From the NCBI GenBank assembly GCA_038087875.1, contig CM075993.1, forward strand, positions 1,116,001-1,180,000: a stretch of 64,000 nucleotides of DNA, in the 5' to 3' direction. This document shows, one piece after another, positions 1 to 10,863 of this stretch. The DNA comes from Malacoraja senta (lineage: Eukaryota). Below the pieces are notes generated by a model that saw only the letters and a list, made by a program, of their open reading frames with translations, did not search any database and was not told where the DNA came from. Every line of letters begins with the position of its first letter. Position 1 is the stretch's first letter. Made by a program: the position numbers and the translations under genes.

Positions 1-134
1 CTTGGTGCAGACGTGATCTCAGTCAGTGATGAATCAAGTCAATGTCTTTATGGTGGGACTGATTGGACTCCTTTGCCCGACTAGGATGGTCAGGGTCAGT
101 ACTGAGGTTTTTTTTCCTTCTGTGCTTGCTGTAG

Positions 135-285
135 TAAAGAGTCCAAGTCCAGGAAAGTCTCTCAGCCCCGCGCTGATGTGCAAGGTGTGTGGAGACACAA
201 GCAGTGGGAAGCACTATGGTATCTACGCTTGCAATGGTTGCAGCGGATTCTTCAAGAGGAGCGTGAGAAGGAAGCTCATCTACAG
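135..285 (+). CDS. NR2E3: NR2E3 exon 2 (first zinc finger of the DNA-binding domain)
   Basis: Encodes [35 protein letters not shown]; the P-box CNGCSG is diagnostic of NR2E3 rather than NR2E1 (CDGCSG). Acceptor gtag| at 134, donor |gtaagt at 286. Confidence 0.93.
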
Positions 286-403
286 GTAAGTTACTGCTGC
301 AGTATTGGAGAGATTGGATCATGAGTCACTGTGTTAACTCTTTAAACCAACTTGTCAAGACTTTGAAATTGTTAATCAATGATTCATTGGGTAAAAAGTA
401 AAC

Positions 404-610
404 TAGACACAAAATGCTGGAGTAACTCAGCGGGACAGGCAGCATCTCTGGAGAGAAGGGATGGGTGATGTTTCGGGTCGAGACCCTTCTTCAGATTGAT
501 GGAGAAAGGTTTCAACCATTCCTTCTCTCCAGCGATGCTGCCTGGCCCGCTGAGTTACTCCAGCATTTTGTGTCTATCTTTGATTGTAAGCAGCATCTGC
601 AGTTCTTTCC
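404..610. mobile_element. Penelope-derived short element, inverted pair (other copies near 3690-3900, 4267-4400, 6108-6240, 10489-10698, 12124-12251, 14794-14925, 19878-19970, 27932-28147, 45058-45130, 48415-48580, 49345-49465, 55870-56065, 56760-56886, 58832-58928, 59021-59164)
   Basis: Shared consensus ctgaagaagggtctcgacccgaaacgtcacccattccttctctccagagatgctgcctgtcccgctgagttactccagcattttgtgtctaccttcgatttaaaccagcatctgcagttc. Confidence 0.85.
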
Positions 611-1909
611 CAAACATAAACCAATGTCAGGAGATGTAAATCTGGAACTGAAATGCCACATACTGGGATGAGAATGGGATCCCTATGCATTCAATACTAT
701 GGGATGGATGAGTTCATATTCGTTATTATGAGATGTACAGAATTAATCAGGACCCTAAATTACTACTTTCATTGGCTCCCTCCAAGTGAATTTCATCAAA
801 TTCCACTGGACTAATCCTTGCGGTTCATGTCAGACATGGTTCAAAGCTCCAGAAGTGAACAATAAAACCATTAGGAGAGGAGATGCAAGGAAGGGTTCAG
901 AGTTGGCAGAGGGGAACTCCGGATTGGAAAAAAATATCCACAACTTGCATACAGACAGTTTGCATGGATGTCAGAGACTGACAAATACTTGTGTCTTCTT
1001 CTTCTTCCGTTGATTATTGAAACATTGAAATTACTTCAGAAAGATAGGTTATGAGAAGGGGTGGGGTGGAGAAGCAGGTGAAGGGAGATAAACCTAGGCT
1101 CAGGATTCATGCGATTAGAGGATTGCTTGTTTAATAATATCACAAGAGCAATTACAAGCAACTAAATCAGAAGTGTTAGCAATTCTGGAATCAGTATCCA
1201 AACAGATGTTAGGAAAGGAGAGAAGAAAATTAGAGGAGACCAAACAAATTGCAGATGTTGGAATCTTGAGCTAAACACAAAGTGCTGGAGGAACTCAGCA
1301 GGTCAGGCAGCATCTGTGGAGGGAATCAATTGGTGATATTTTGGGTTGGGACTCTTCTTCAGACAAAATTTGAGCGGTAGGTTAATGAATAAGGTGCAAA
1401 TGCTCTGGAAAAGAGCAAACATGTATTGATAGAACATTGTCCATTCTTCAGGACATCCTACATATTAGATTTTAAAGTCATGGTGCTAGTGTTTTAAGAG
1501 TCACTAATTTGCGCATAGCAAGGGGTCACAAAGAAAAGTTGTTCTCATGGTAAAGGCTGAGGGACAACCATCGGTCAGGAGATTAGTAAATTCTCCTGCT
1601 CTTCACCTTGAGTCTTTATGTGCACTATAAGGGATTAGCTTAATGTTTAATTTACATGACAGCACCCCTGGCAACTTCTGTACTAAAGAAAAAAATGACA
1701 CTTAATATTTACCGTGATGTTTAAATATTTAACCTCCTGACTGGAAGACAGGAGTACTCCAGCAAAGCTAATATTGCTCAATGGAAAGAAAATGATTGAG
1801 ATGGAACAATTTGTCACGATTTCAGCTGATAACCTGGTACTCGGGTGATAATCGGGTACAATAAGCAGAATTAAATCCTGAAAATCCATTAAATCTGGAC
1901 AACTGGAGT

Positions 1910-2031
1910 CAGGGCTTATGGGGAGAAGGCAGGAATGGGATACTGATTGGGGATGATCAGCCATGATCACATTGAATGGTGGTGCTGGCTCAAAGGGCTG
2001 AATGGCCCACTCCTGCACCTATTGTCTATTG
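1910..2031 (+). mobile_element. CR1 3' tail fragment (related copies near 6390-6560(-), 15075-15160(-), 22630-22880, 25750-25870(-), 41230-41315, 58455-58825)
   Basis: ggagaaggcaggaa..gatcagccatgatcacattgaatgg..ctcctgcacctattgtctattg, shared with the CR1 tail at 30600-30720. Confidence 0.8.
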
Positions 2032-2207
2032 CCTATAACTGTTCCATTTCCCCCACTTTCTGCATCAGGAGACATAGGAGTTCCTCTGTACATAAGATTC
2101 CTCGTGCAGTCTAACATCCTTGGGAAGTTCATTACCCCTGTATGCCAGCAATACAGCGTTCTTCAGCATTTGGCGTCTCAGCGACTGTTGTTGATTCCTG
2201 TTTTCAG

Positions 2208-2311
2208 ATGCCAGGCTGGTACGGGGATGTGTCCTGTGGACAAAGCCCATCGGAATCAGTGTCAAGCTTGCAGACTCAAGAAGTGTTTGCAGGCTGGCAT
2301 GAACAAAGATG
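2208..2311 (+). CDS. NR2E3: NR2E3 exon 3 (second zinc finger)
   Basis: [34 protein letters not shown]; ttttcag| acceptor, |gtgagt donor; 104 nt; phase 2/1 fits the neighbouring exons. Confidence 0.96.
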
Positions 2312-2497
2312 GTGAGTGAATGTCAATGTCACTGGGCTAGTTTATGCGAGCAGCTACAAAAATGATGGCTTGAGGTTTCTGCTTTTGCAGTTGTAATTGT
2401 GAAAACTCTTTGTGCTTAATTTTTTGATGCTTCGTCTTGTTTCGCTGCTTTTCATCCTCTCTCTTGGTCTGCTCACACTTTGTCCCTCATTCCCCAG

Positions 2498-2740
2498 CTG
2501 TGCAGAACGAACGGCAGCCCAGAAGCACTGCCCAGGTACGGGCGGACACGGCCGAACTAGACCCTGACAAGGAGAACATTGCCACAACCAGAGAGACAAA
2601 CTCGTCGTCTGCTAGCACCCAGAGGCCGATCTGCTCTAACATCAGCGCCAGCCAAAGGTCCACCAGCCCACAAAACAACCACAGGTTCATGGCTAGCCTG
2701 ATGACTGCGGAGACCTGTGCCAAGCTGGAGCCCGAGGATG
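2498..2740 (+). CDS. NR2E3: NR2E3 exon 4 (T-box and hinge)
   Basis: AVQNERQPRSTAQV...FMASLMTAETCAKLEPED; tccccag| acceptor, |gtcagt donor; phase 1/1. Confidence 0.94.
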
Positions 2741-2764
2741 GTCAGTTGCTCCGTCTTAATCATG

Positions 2765-3142
2765 TCATGAGTGATAGGAGCAGAATTGGGCCATTCGGCC
2801 CATCAAATCTACTCCGCCATTCAATCACGGCTGATCTATCTCTCCCTCCTAACCCCAATTCTCCTGCCTTCTCCCCATAACCTCTGACACCCGTACTAAT
2901 CAAGAATCTATCTATCTCTGCCTTAAATATTTCCACTGACTGCCTCCACAGCCTTCTGTGGCAAAGAATCCCACAGATTCACCACCCTCTGAATAAAGAA
3001 ATTCCTCCTCATCTCCTTCCTAAAAGAACGTCCTTTAATTCTGAGGCTGTGACCTCTAGTCCTGGATTCCCCCACTAGAGGTAACATCCTCTCCACCTCC
3101 ACTGTATCCAGGCCTTTCACTATTCTGTAGGTTTCAATGAGA
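2765..3142 (-). mobile_element. CR1 LINE 3' fragment
   Basis: DLIETYRIVKGLD...SRTRGHSLRIKG...FFIQRVVNLWDSLP plus a CR1 3' UTR; similar to 30330-30700. Confidence 0.88.
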
Positions 3143-4038
3143 TCAGTCACAGAGCTGGAAGGCATGGAAACAGACCTTGTCCATACTGACCAGGTTGGCA
3201 TATTGGGCTAGTCCCATTTGCCTACATGTGGACCATCTCCCTGTGAACCCGTCCTATCCATGTATCTGTCCAAATGTCCTTTAAAAGTCATAATCGTACC
3301 CACTTCTTTAGCTTCCACGTTCCAGCTACATATTACGATCTGTGTGGAAAAGTTGCCCTGTGGTCACTTTCGAATCTCTCCTCTCTCACTTTAAGCCAAT
3401 GCCCTTGAGTTTTTGAATCTTCGACCCAGGGGAAAAAACTGCGAGCTTTCACCAATCATCTGAACTCTTGTTTATTTATTGCAGGGAATTAAAACATTAA
3501 GTGTAAGAAATGTAGAAAAAATGTAATCCAGTTTTGATGAAAATACAACATCCTGAGCCGTTAACTATTGCTCTGTTCACAAATAATGCATACTCTGAGT
3601 ATCTGTAAGATTTTATTTTCATAAAAAATGAGGTCTGCTGTCAATTCATAAAATACATTTAAGATGGAAATGTACTTTTCCTTCCTTTTTGTGTAGGAAA
3701 GAACTGCAGATGCTGGTTTAAATCGAAGGTAGACACAAAATGCTGGAGTAACTCAGCGGGACAGGCAGCATCTCTGGAGAGAAGGAATGTGTAACGTTTC
3801 GGGTCGGGTCTGAAGAAGGGTCTCGACCCGAAGCGCCACCCATTCCTTCTCTCCAGAGATGCTGCCTGTCCCGCTGAGTTACTCCAGCTTTTTGTGTCTT
3901 TCCTTCCTTTTTACTGTCTCCGATCTTCCTTTGGCCTCAAGACATGCTGAGATTGGTATTATCATGTAGGGGTTGATAATACCACTCACAAAGGAAAGTG
4001 GGCTAAATGCTGTATGCGTACATGCACACAGGCACATG

Positions 4039-4041
<3 letters not shown>

Positions 4042-4071
<30 letters not shown>
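4042..4071. repeat. (AC)15 microsatellite
   Basis: Seen directly. Confidence 0.95.
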
Positions 4072-4074
<3 letters not shown>

Positions 4075-4778
4075 ACAGGAAGGATCAGGAGCAAGAACTT
4101 TAACCACTATCTAGCACATGGGCTAATGCAACTCAGCATCCATGGTTGAGATTAATGGATTCCAAATGGATCAGGAGCATGTAAGGATATGAAAACACAT
4201 TCTCCATGCTTTCATTGTACAGGTTTAGTTCGAAAGACCCCATTGTGCTGCCACAGAAACTATTCTGTGTAGGCAGGAACTGCAGATGCTGGTTTAAACC
4301 GAAGATAGACACTAAATTGTGGAGTAACTCAGCGGGACAGGCAGCATCTCTGGAGAGAAGGAATGGGTGACGTTTCGGGTCGAGACCCTTCTTCAGACTC
4401 ATATCATTGTGTTGATCTAGATTTATTATTGTACAGGTTCCGGGGTGCAGCTTTGTTTTACATGGTATCTAATCAAATCAAATAATACTAAACACATAAA
4501 CAATCAAGCCAAACTCAAGTACAATAGGCAGAGCGAAGGGAAAGATACAGAGTTCTCAGCATTGTAGCGCATCAGTTGCAGAGATTAATGTCCACAATGG
4601 GGGTGAAGTGATTTGGATTATGGAAGGACCATTCAGAAGCCTGATAACAGAGGAGGAAGAACCGTTCCAGAATCTGGTATGCACTTCCAAGCTTCTGTAC
4701 ATTATAAGCAATGTGAAAGGCAAAGTCTGCAGCGAGGAGAGTTGGTTTACATTTCACTGTTGTGTATTGGGCTTGCAG

Positions 4779-4960
4779 TGGACGAGAACATTGACGTGAT
4801 GAGTAATGAGCCCGAGAGGACATCCGCTGAGTACCAGATGTCCACCTACCCGCCCAGCAGCCCCGAAAGTGTGTATGAAGCTTCAGCCAGGTTGCTCTTC
4901 ATGGCAGTTAAATGGGCAAAGAATCTCCCAGTGTTCTCTAACCTACCCTTCCGAGACCAG
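4779..4960 (+). CDS. NR2E3: NR2E3 exon 5 (start of the ligand-binding domain)
   Basis: [13 protein letters not shown]...[32 protein letters not shown]; ttgcag| acceptor, |gtatgt donor. Confidence 0.95.
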
Positions 4961-5840
4961 GTATGTCTGTAAATTGGAGACACACGGAACTGCAGATGCT
5001 GGAATCTTGTGTAGAACACAACCTGCTGAAGTTGTTCACCGGGTCAGGCAGCATCTCTGGAGGACATGGGTTGGTCTCATTTTGGGTGGGGACCCTTCAT
5101 CACCTGACCTTCTGCGTTAGTCCAGCATATTGTGTTCCATGTCTGTAAAATGTCGGGTGATTTGGTATTGGGGAAATAATACTAAAATGGTCTATATTAA
5201 TAACATTTGTAAGGGCACATATTCAGAGCATTATAATGGGGGCTTGATTGGGTGATGGCACACTCCTTTTATCAATTTTTCATGATTTGGGTGGTATTGG
5301 CGAGGCTAGCATTTATTGCCCATCCCTTACCTGTCTTTGAAAGGTTGGCATGGAACATAATAAACTGCTGTAGTCTTGGTGAAGGTACACCACAGCGATT
5401 GGCTAGTGCGTTCTAGGATCTCATAGCAGATGACCAGTGATATCATGACATAGACACAGGAGCAGAAATAGTCCATTCAGCCCATCGAGTCTGTTCTGGG
5501 TATTTCCAACCCAGGACGGTGTTGGAGGGCAATCTGTTGCCCTTGTTCTTATTGGGTTACAGGTCAGGATAGCTTGGGTGATTAAATGCAGCGCGTTTTA
5601 CAGATGGTACACACACTATAGGTGGCAGGAATTAAAGTCGGGGTGATTAAAGAAGTGCCAATCTAAGCGGCTACTTTGGTGTCAATTCTCCTGAGCTGCA
5701 CACAGCCTGAGCACATCCGACAAGCAAGAGCCAAGAAGCAAAAGGTGGGAATGTGCAGAGCTTCTCTGACCACAGAGGTGTTTGATGGATAATCTTTTGG
5801 TTGTCCCACACCATCATCTGAAGGCATTTTATTTTTGCAG

Positions 5841-6081
5841 GTAATCTTGTTGGAGGAAGCCTGGAATGAACTCTTCCTGCTCTGTGCCATCCAGTGGTCC
5901 ATGCCCCTGGATGGCTGCCCTTTGTTATCCATACCCGAACTCTCGCACAGCCCTCAAGGAAAGAGCAGTTCTACCATGGCAGATGTCCGCATTCTGCAGG
6001 AGACCATAAGCCGCTTCAAGGCCCTTGTTGTGGATCCCACAGAGTTTGCCTGCCTGAAGGCTGTGGTGCTGTTTAAACCAG
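5841..6081 (+). CDS. NR2E3: NR2E3 exon 6 (ligand-binding domain)
   Basis: [23 protein letters not shown]...[17 protein letters not shown]; tttttgcag| acceptor, |gtgagt donor. Confidence 0.96.
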
Positions 6082-7508
6082 GTGAGTTGCATTCCCCTGA
6101 ATTCTTTGTCTGAAGAGGGGTCTCGACCCAAAACACCACCCATTCCTTCTCTCCAGAGATGCTGCCTGTTCCGCTGAGTTAATCCAGCATTTTGTGTCTA
6201 CCCTCGATTTAAACCAGCATCTACAATTCTTTCTTGCACGAGTTGCATTCCCCCTTGGGTAGTATGCCAGGTTAATTCAACTACCCTTCACTCAGTTGTA
6301 ATGCAGAGAGCTGTACCTGAAGAATTAAACAACAGGCTGAGTATATCACCGGAGAAAAATCCTGAAAGACTGAGGGGCAGAGACTCTTCATAAGTTCTAG
6401 GAGCAGAATTAGGCCATTCAGCCCATCGTCCACTCCGCCATTCAATCATGACTGATCTATCTTTCTCTCTCAACCCCATTCTCCTACCTTCTCCCCATAA
6501 CCCCTAACTCCTATGCTAATCAAGAATCTATCTATCTCTGCCTTAAAAATATCCATTATCTTGACGTAGTATAGAACACAAGAAAGATAATAAAACACAT
6601 TAACTTGGCATAGACATATGATAACTCAATTTGATGGTAGATTTTTAAATATTATGCAGTTTTGAAGGAAGAAATTTGGAGATTCATAACATTCTAGATT
6701 ATATGTCTGAGAGAACGCATCAATTAGTTACATTATTTCCTTTGTTGGGAAATAAGTTCCAGTTCTTTCATGGAGTCACAAGAAACTGCAGATGCTGGTT
6801 TACAAAAAATGACGCATAGGGCTGGAGTAACTCAGTGGATCAGACAGCATCTCCGGAGAACATGGATAGCAGAAGGGACCCGACCTGAATCATCATGTAT
6901 CCATGTTCTTCAGGGATGCTGCCTGACCCGCCAAGTCACTCCAGTACTTTGTGTCCAGTTCTTTTATAATGGCCTGTATTTATTCCAAACATTTGCTCAC
7001 TCCCTTGGTACAGTTGCCTTTTGTAAGGTTTGTGTCACAGCTGGAGACTGGCGCTATTAAATCGATATAACCATGTAATGGACCACTGTCTTTCCTAACA
7101 TTCTTCATCAACTTTCTCTCACTCTTTCCTGAAAGTGCTAACTCTTTCAAATATGCAAGTTAGTAGCTACTTGACCTATTTGTAACACCTGATCCAAGAC
7201 AGTGAGAAGGTCCCAAGTAAATCTTAACCTGTTGTTGTCAAATGCATCTGCAGGATATGTCAATTTTAAACTGGGCCGTTTTTCCTCTTCCTATGCCAAC
7301 ATTAAATGTATCACTCGAATACCTATGTCTCAGCCTGTACCAGATAATTCAGTGAGAAAAAGAGATTAAGAAATGTTCCCTGCATGCGCAAATCACCATT
7401 ACCAACTGTGCCATAAAGGGAATGGGAGATGTTTATGTACTTTCAATGGAATCGTAATGTTGCTTCAGCAGTGAAATAGACAATGACTAAATCTGTCATC
7501 TCCTTCAG

Positions 7509-7614
7509 AAACACGAGGGCTGAAGGACCCTGAGCAGGTTGAGAATCTGCAGGATCAGTCGCAAGTGATGTTGGGTCAGCACAGCAGGACGCACTACCCA
7601 ATTCAGCCAGTCAG
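7509..7614 (+). CDS. NR2E3: NR2E3 exon 7 (ligand-binding domain; absent from the ORF track)
   Basis: Manual translation [36 protein letters not shown]; ccttcag| acceptor, |gtaagg donor; 106 nt, phase 1/2. Confidence 0.95.
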
Positions 7615-10242
7615 GTAAGGAGAAGTGGATCTCAGAGAAACACACTGCTGGTTAACCACAACCATTTCTTGCAGAACATTTTCTCGTACCAAAAACAACG
7701 TCAGCTTCAGATATAAATGTGGAAAGGCTCATTACACGAGAAAGGCCTTCCATTAATGCTCACCATAATGTTAAGGCATCGCAAACTCATCCTTCTTCAA
7801 TCATGAGAAATATTAACTCCTGGGGGATGCAAAGAAAAATGACTAAGGCTAAATTTAACTTTTTTTTCTCTCTCGTTTATCATATTGTTCACAGTGTACT
7901 ATGTTTACATAATCTGTTGTGCTGCAGCAAGTAAGAATCTCATTGTTCTATCTGGGACATATAACAATAAAACACTCTTGACTTGAATTTTCTACAATAA
8001 TCAAATCAGCTCATGCGACCAACATTTAACAATGGTTAGAAATACGACTGTACAGAACAAGTCTTTTGCAAAATCTGGTAGATACCAAGGGAAATTACTT
8101 GCATTGATTTCCATTATCCAAACCTTTCACTGTCCTTTTCCAAGAAGAAAGTCAGTCATCCTCTTAAAACATATATTAAAACATTATCATAACATGTAAG
8201 AAATTAATGCCTGCAAAACAGCAACTTACTGTGACAGATATTCCAGTCTCTCTCAGCTCTTAAAAACCTTCAGTTTGAATTTCATTCCTATTTTAACATA
8301 TTCTTGGGCCAGTGCTTAACAGCCTCCCTGCACTCAGCATCCATTTTGAACTTTATTCATGGCAAAGAGCTCCATCCCTCAAAATGGCTGTCATGATGAT
8401 CAGTTGTTCATTTTTACAACAGTATTATTGATCATTACACGATCACAGAAATGAGCCCTCAACATTGCACATATTAACCAACTGGTTTTGCCTCAAGTGG
8501 AATGATGTATTCAATTCTGAGTGCCTCTCTCAAGGATACCAAGACTGTAGAAAAGGCACAGGAGAGATTTACCAGAATTATACCAGGGATGAAAGACATC
8601 AGTTACATAAAGAGATTAGAAAAGCTAGGATTGTTCACCTGATTGCAGAGATGGCCAAGGGCACAGTTAATTGCAATGTTGAAATAGGCTGGGTTTTAAT
8701 AGAATTCATTATCTCACTGGTGGAAGCGTTGATAATAGAGCAGTAATCAGTGGTTACAGGTTTAAGGGGAAAAAAAAGAAACTTAAGCAGCAGGAAGTTT
8801 TTTTTGTTTTATACACACAGTGGGGTTTACGGAAACACCGGCCCAGAAGGGAAGGAGAATTATACCAACTGGCAAAAAAACAAATATACCTTTACTTGAA
8901 AAGCAACATAAAAAATCTGTGAAGAACAGAGAAATGGAACTAAGTTGATAGATCTTTCTCAGAGACAATGGTCTGGTGCTGCAGATTCAGTGCTTCGTGC
9001 ACTTAGATATTTTTTATTCTATCAACATGGACGGAGAAATTTACTATGCTAATCAGGATCATCCATTCATGCGGTGAAACAAAATATTATATATCTGAAC
9101 TTACACAGAGAACCCTACAATATTCAGTGGGTAAAGCAGCGTTATATGGAGAAACCGTTTAATATTTCACGTAAATGAAGTTTCAAATCTTTTTATTTCA
9201 TATTTCCAGTGGGAAAATCCAGACGTCTATACTGCGTGTCATTGGCACATATTAACTTGCAAAAAATCAGTTTGAACCTATATGTTATCCAAGTGATTTA
9301 CTGGCTTGATGTTCCCCTCAACCTCTCAATATTGATAGCTACCCTGCATAACTGCATAACGTACCTTCACAAGTATTTCCTATTACTAAATTATTCAGGT
9401 TTTCCTCATGTTTACTGGGATAATCACACAACTCTGAGTGGCCTTCAGAATGTATGCACCACAGTCACCATAACTAAATGCATTCCGTATTCACGGTGTA
9501 GCCTGACTGACATATTGCAAAATTCAACTATAAATCTAACAGGCATTCCTGCAAGTGAAATATTAAACCCTGGCCCGCAGCAGTTTTCTGAGGTTTAAGA
9601 TATGGTGGCATTTATTTTTCATGTAGAGAAAAGGCGTTTCTATATCAACCAACATAACAATGTTCTTGTTGCTAAAATGCCTACCACATGCTCATTATTC
9701 ATTCCATGGTGATTGATTAAAAAAAATACACCTCTTGATGCTCCTGAACACATCATCAGTGATGTAACCTAGGGTCATTGGGTGTTTCAGGTCTTTCAAC
9801 ATCAGACACCATCGCACAGGGGACCCAGCCGTGGTTGATCAGACCACGACTTGTGTTCATGTGGCATTTGCTCCTCCCCATGTACTCTGGGTATTTCCAG
9901 ACTATTATAAGACACTATTTAAATGCAGCATCTCTCTACTTAGCTTGTTGATTGTCAAGTCTATTGATTTGGTATTGGCATTGGTTTATCTTTGGTTTAT
10001 GTACCAAGATAAAGTGAAAAGCTGTGTTGACTTGCCATCTAGTCAAATTAAATCCTTCTATACACGAGTGCATCAAGCCATACACAAGTACAACAGGAAG
10101 TGTAAAGAGAAAAATATCAGAATGCAAGATATAGCGTTACAGCACGATGTATATTTGCAAGAGATTTCACCCTCAGTTTGGTGGGAGTGGGGAGGAGAAT
10201 GTCAATGGCCTGCATTTATTTTTATCCTCTTTTGTTCCTCAG

Positions 10243-10375
10243 ATTTGGAAAGTTGCTTCTGCTGCTGCCTTCACTCCGCTTTGTCTCGGCTGAACGAATC
10301 GAACTTTTGTTCTTTCACAGGACCATCGGAAACACTCCCATGGAAAAACTTCTTTGTGACATGTTTAAGAGCTGA
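10243..10375 (+). CDS. NR2E3: NR2E3 exon 8, last coding exon (AF-2 helix)
   Basis: [43 protein letters not shown]-stop; long pyrimidine tract ending ctcag|. Confidence 0.96.
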
Positions 10376-10857
10376 ACTTCCTAAGTAGCCATCTTTGGAT
10401 TGCCCTGTGTATTGTTTCATCCAATTTGCTGTCTCCCCACATAAAATGCTTCCCCCCCCCCCTCTGTATCTGCATTCTCCACTGTGACGTGTAGGAAGGA
10501 ACTGCAGATGCTGGTTTAAATCAAAGATAGACACAAAATACTGAACTCAGCAGGACAGGCAGCATCTCTGGAGAGAAGGAATGGGTGACATTTCGGGTCG
10601 AGACCCTTCTTCAGTCCTGACACGAAACGTCACCCGTTCCTTCTCTCCAGAGATGCTGCTTGTCCCGTTGAGTTACTCCAGAATTTTGCGTCTATCTCTG
10701 ATCTCCACGGTGACACTGTGTCTTTCCTGATCGTCCCAATGTTACTTTAACCATTTAACACCTCCATGTATGCACTGAATTTAATGCCAGACTACCCCAA
10801 CATTTACAATCAGACTTCCTGATGGTACTTAATCCTATGAATATATTTCTATATTAG

Positions 10858-10863
10858 AATAAA
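10858..10863 (+). terminator. Candidate NR2E3 polyadenylation signal AATAAA
   Basis: First AATAAA I see after the stop codon (about 480 nt downstream), followed by GT-containing sequence. Confidence 0.55.

Noticed and set aside
465-671. Recurring short ORFs of the type ...DAACPAELLQHFVSIF... (465, 4133, 12139, 53506, 56754 and others)
   Set aside because: They are translations of the non-coding repeat consensus, not a protein family.
9831-10388. 185-aa + strand ORF overlapping NR2E3 exon 8
   Set aside because: It is in a different frame from the NR2E3 coding sequence, runs through intronic repeat-derived DNA and shows no recognisable domain.
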